Of a DNA stretch of 64,000 nucleotides, positions 60,441 through 64,000 are shown in pieces; the stretch's first letter is position 1, and every line of letters starts with the position of its first letter. Both the position numbers and the translations under genes were made by a program. Below the pieces are notes generated by a model. It did not search any database and was not told the DNA's origin. It was given only the letters and a program-made list of their open reading frames with translations. The stretch is from Centroscyllium fabricii (Eukaryota), in contig JBNRSN020000001.1 in assembly GCA_051313645.2 (NCBI GenBank), forward strand, positions 238,142,001 to 238,206,000. The letters are read 5' to 3'.

Positions 60441-63400
60441 ATGCAGTGAGAAAGAACAGACACAAACTGTTTAACAAAAAGAGCGCCAACGTGAAAAAAG
60501 AGGCGTGGCCAGAGACCAAAAATGAAAGGGGCAATCGAAAGCCATGTAGTTGATGCGGTACACAACACCTGCCAAAAAAGTGTCCAGCATATGGTAAAAC
60601 ATGCAATATGTGCAACAAAAACAACCATTATGCCCGTTGCTGTAGGAACCAAGTGCAACAAAGCAAGGTCCATGCAGTAGATGAAAGGGAGATAGAGGAG
60701 TTCTATGTGGACGTTGTGTCTGAAAACAAGAAAGAAATAAGAGAACCGGATGTTGAGATTAAAAGTGAACGACATACACATTTCATTTAAATTTGATACT
60801 GGAGCACAAATTAATGTGATATCAGAGACTGATTTTAAGAAAATTAGACCCAAACCAAAGATACATGGAACAAAAGTGAAGGTGACAGGATACTCAGGTA
60901 CTGATATGCCAGTGCAAGGAAAATGCATTGTCAAAGTGACACACAAGGACAGAGAGCACATGCTAGCATTCATCGTGGTACCAAAGGATGTACAGGCCAT
61001 ATTAGGTTTAGTAGCCTGTGAGAGACTGAACCTGGTAAAGAGTCCTCGTTGTGGAAAATGAAGGAGAGACAGTCTATGATGAACTCATGAAAGAGTGCAA
61101 TGACCTATTTCAGGGTCTAGGCTGCCTTCCAGGAGAACACACGATCAGAGTAGATAAAAGTGTGCCACCGATAATACATCCATGCAGAAAAGTTCCATTT
61201 GCTCTTCAAAAGCAGCTGATGGCAGAGTTGGACAGGATTGAAAGCCTGAATGTGATTCAGAAGATAGATGAGCCAACTGAGTGGGTGAGTTCCCTCGTTG
61301 TTGTGGACAAAAAGAACAGAAAGCTCAGAATTTGCCTGGATCCAAGAGATCTAAACAGAGCAATAAAGAGAGAGCACTTCAAGCTTCCGACGCATGAGGA
61401 AATCATATCACAGTTTGCAAATGCAAAGTATTTCAGCAAGCTAGATGCAGCATCAGGATTTTGGCAGTTGAAACTGGATGAAACAAGTTCAAGACTGTGC
61501 AAGTTCAATAGTCCATTTGGCAGATACAGATTCCTAAGGTTACCATTTGGCATTGCCTCAGCTCCTGAAGTGTATCACAAAACTATCCATATGGTCTATG
61601 AGCACCTGGAGGAAGTTGATACCTCAATGGATGACATCATAGTATGGGGAACCACGAGAACTGAGCATGACGAGAGACTGAAAAAAGTGCTGGAAGCAAC
61701 AAGGAAAACAAACCTGAAGCTGAATAGAGAGAAATGCCAGCTCGGGGTGACAGAACTGACATTTGTGGGAGATATCCTTAGCAGTGAGGGCGTCAGACCA
61801 GAACCCAGAAAAGTGTCCACCATTGAGAATATGCCAAGGCCACAATGCAAAAGGGACGTGCAGAGGTTTAATGGAATGATCAACTACATGGGTAAATTCA
61901 TATCCAACCTCAGAAAATATGTCGCCACTGAGAAGACTAACGGAAAAGAACATAGAATGGGAGTGGAATCATGAGCATGAGAAGTCATGGAGTGAACTAA
62001 AGAAACTGCTCACAGAGGAACCAGTTCTGAGGTTTTATGACCCAGCGAGACCCATCAAGATATCATCAGATGCATCACAGAGTGGGCTCGGTGCCGTTCT
62101 TCTGCAAAAATATGACGACTGGCAACCTATTGCACATGCATCGCACTCAATGACAGACGCGGAGACGCGAAATGCTCAAATAGAAAATGAGCTGCTCAGC
62201 ATCACATACGCCTGTGAAAGATTTCATCAGTTTGTGTCAGGACAAGCAATCAGTGTAGAGACTGACCATAAGCCCTTGATTGCATTGTTCAACCACCACT
62301 AATTGTCTGTCTGCTTAGAATACAAAGAATGATGATTTGGCTCTAATGCTATACACTGAATGTTGCGTACACTCCAGGTAAGCTAATGTACACAGCAGAC
62401 ACGTTGTCTAGAGCTGTTGGCCCGAGAGAGCCCGCAAACACCAAAATAGATGAAGACATGAACGCCTACGTGGACATGATCACAAGTGCACTGCCCATAG
62501 CAGATGCAAAAATGGAGCTCATAAAGACTGAGACAAACAAAGATGAAACACTGAAACGACTGAGAAAAAACATCTTGGATGAATGGCCCAACATGAAGCA
62601 AGACTGCTCACCTGACATTGCAGAGTACTGGAACTGCAGGTCGGAACTATCTGTGGTCGAAGACATCATCTACAAAGGAAGTAAAATCATTATCCCAAAG
62701 AGTCTGAGAAAAGAGATGCTAAAAAGGATCCATGGAGGACATCTGGGAATCGAAAAGTGTAAGAAAAGAGCACGAGAGGCGATGTACTGGCCACGAATCA
62801 ATCATGATGTGACAAATGAAGTGTCAAACTGCACAATATGCCGGAAATATCAAGCAAGCAATCCTGCAGAGCCACTAAAGCCACACCCAGCACCAGACAG
62901 ACCTTACCAGAAGGTAGCTGCTGACCTATTCGTATGTCAAGGGAAGGACTATCTTGTAGTCACAGACTATTACTCCCTGTATCCAGAGGTGTGTAGACTG
63001 AACACCATCACTGCAGATGCTGTGATAACATGTATGAAAGCCATATTCTCCAGACATGGCGTGGCAAGCGAGGTCTTCACAGACAATGGACCCCAGTTTT
63101 GCAATTCAAGTTTCCGACACTTTGCCAAAGAGTGGGACTTTGTACACACAACGTCAAGTCCTCATTTTCCGCAGTCCAATGGACTAATGAAAAAATTGGT
63201 ACAGACAGTGAAAAGACTGATGTACAAGGCAAAGGACAGTGGAACTGACTTCTACCAGAGCATGCTAGTATACTGCACAACGCCGCTTGAGTGTGGTAGG
63301 TCACCAGCCCAACTCCTTATGGGACGTAGGCTAAGATCAAACCTACCCATTCCGGAGAACCTCCTGAAAACAAAAGAGGGGGAGAAAGTAAGGAAGTTCA

Positions 63401-63771
63401 AAGAACAACAGAAAGAAAAGCAAAAGTACTACTTTGACAGAGGAACACAAAATCTACCTGAACTCCACACTGGTGACCAAGTAAGGCTCAAAGACAAAAC
63501 AAATATATGGACTCAGAAGGGAACTGTCCTTAGTGAAGTCAAACCAAGATCATACACCATTCAGACAGATGAAGGTGCTGTTCTTAGAAGAAATCATCGA
63601 GATCTTCTCATGGGACGAGCCACAGCAGGAAGAAAGACTGATGCTGTTGAACAACCTGATTACACAGCTGAGAAGACATCATCTGAGGCAACAACTCAGA
63701 TTCAAGGACAATCAATCAGGAGATCGTCAAGACACGTGAAACCTCCTGAGAAACTCATAGAGCAAATTTAA
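60441..63771 (+). pseudogene. gag-pol: Degraded Mag/SURL-like Gypsy internal region (gag end, PR, RT, RH, IN)
   Basis: Double CCHC CPAYGKTCNMCNKNNHYARCC, FDTGAQ, RLPFGI, MDDI, SSDAS, HGGHLG..C..C, DNGPQF; several frameshifts. Confidence 0.88.
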
Positions 63772-63775
63772 GGAC

Positions 63776-64000
63776 TGTAGCGCCGGCAGGCCTAGGAACC
63801 ACACGTGAGCCAGAGCTAGAGAGAACACAGCTTTAATCAACTAGTACAAAACAAGAAAGAGAGTGAACCACTCGAGACAGGCATATTTAAACGGTCCCGC
63901 GGTTGGTGACGTCATCACGTCGGCCGACGTGGTGACGTCGTCGCATCACCCGGATGAGCGGGGCTTTGCTCCGCGGAGTCCCCGGGGCGGATTTGATGCC
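63776..64000 (-). repeat. LTR of the CsRn1-like family (runs off the window)
   Basis: Reverse complement of 24168-24412 with a few substitutions; inserted just after the Mag-like pol stop. Confidence 0.92.

Overview
Vertebrate, most likely cartilaginous-fish (shark/ray/chimaera-type), repeat-dense intergenic or intronic DNA. No host gene can be identified with confidence. Most of the window is transposable elements, many nested. They comprise six LTR-bounded copies (A, A2, B, C, D, E) of one Ty3/Gypsy lineage, each with a 5-bp TSD; a near-intact CsRn1-like Gypsy; a degraded Mag-like Gypsy; CR1, Rex-Babar and L2 LINEs; HE1-like tRNA/V-SINEs; a 5S-derived SINE; Penelope-like elements with minimal hammerhead ribozymes; and several MITEs. 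The main observation is that all six copies of the dominant Gypsy lineage lack a tRNA primer-binding site. Instead, the 13-14 nt right after the 5' LTR are the reverse complement of the LTR segment containing the poly(A) signal, with compensatory changes between five subfamilies. This suggests a tRNA-independent self-priming and/or poly(A)-occlusion RNA structure. The same lineage has conserved hairpins at the U5 end and over the PPT, and YY1-motif tandem arrays at the gag-protease junction. All coordinates were read by eye; family names are from recalled motifs, not database searches.
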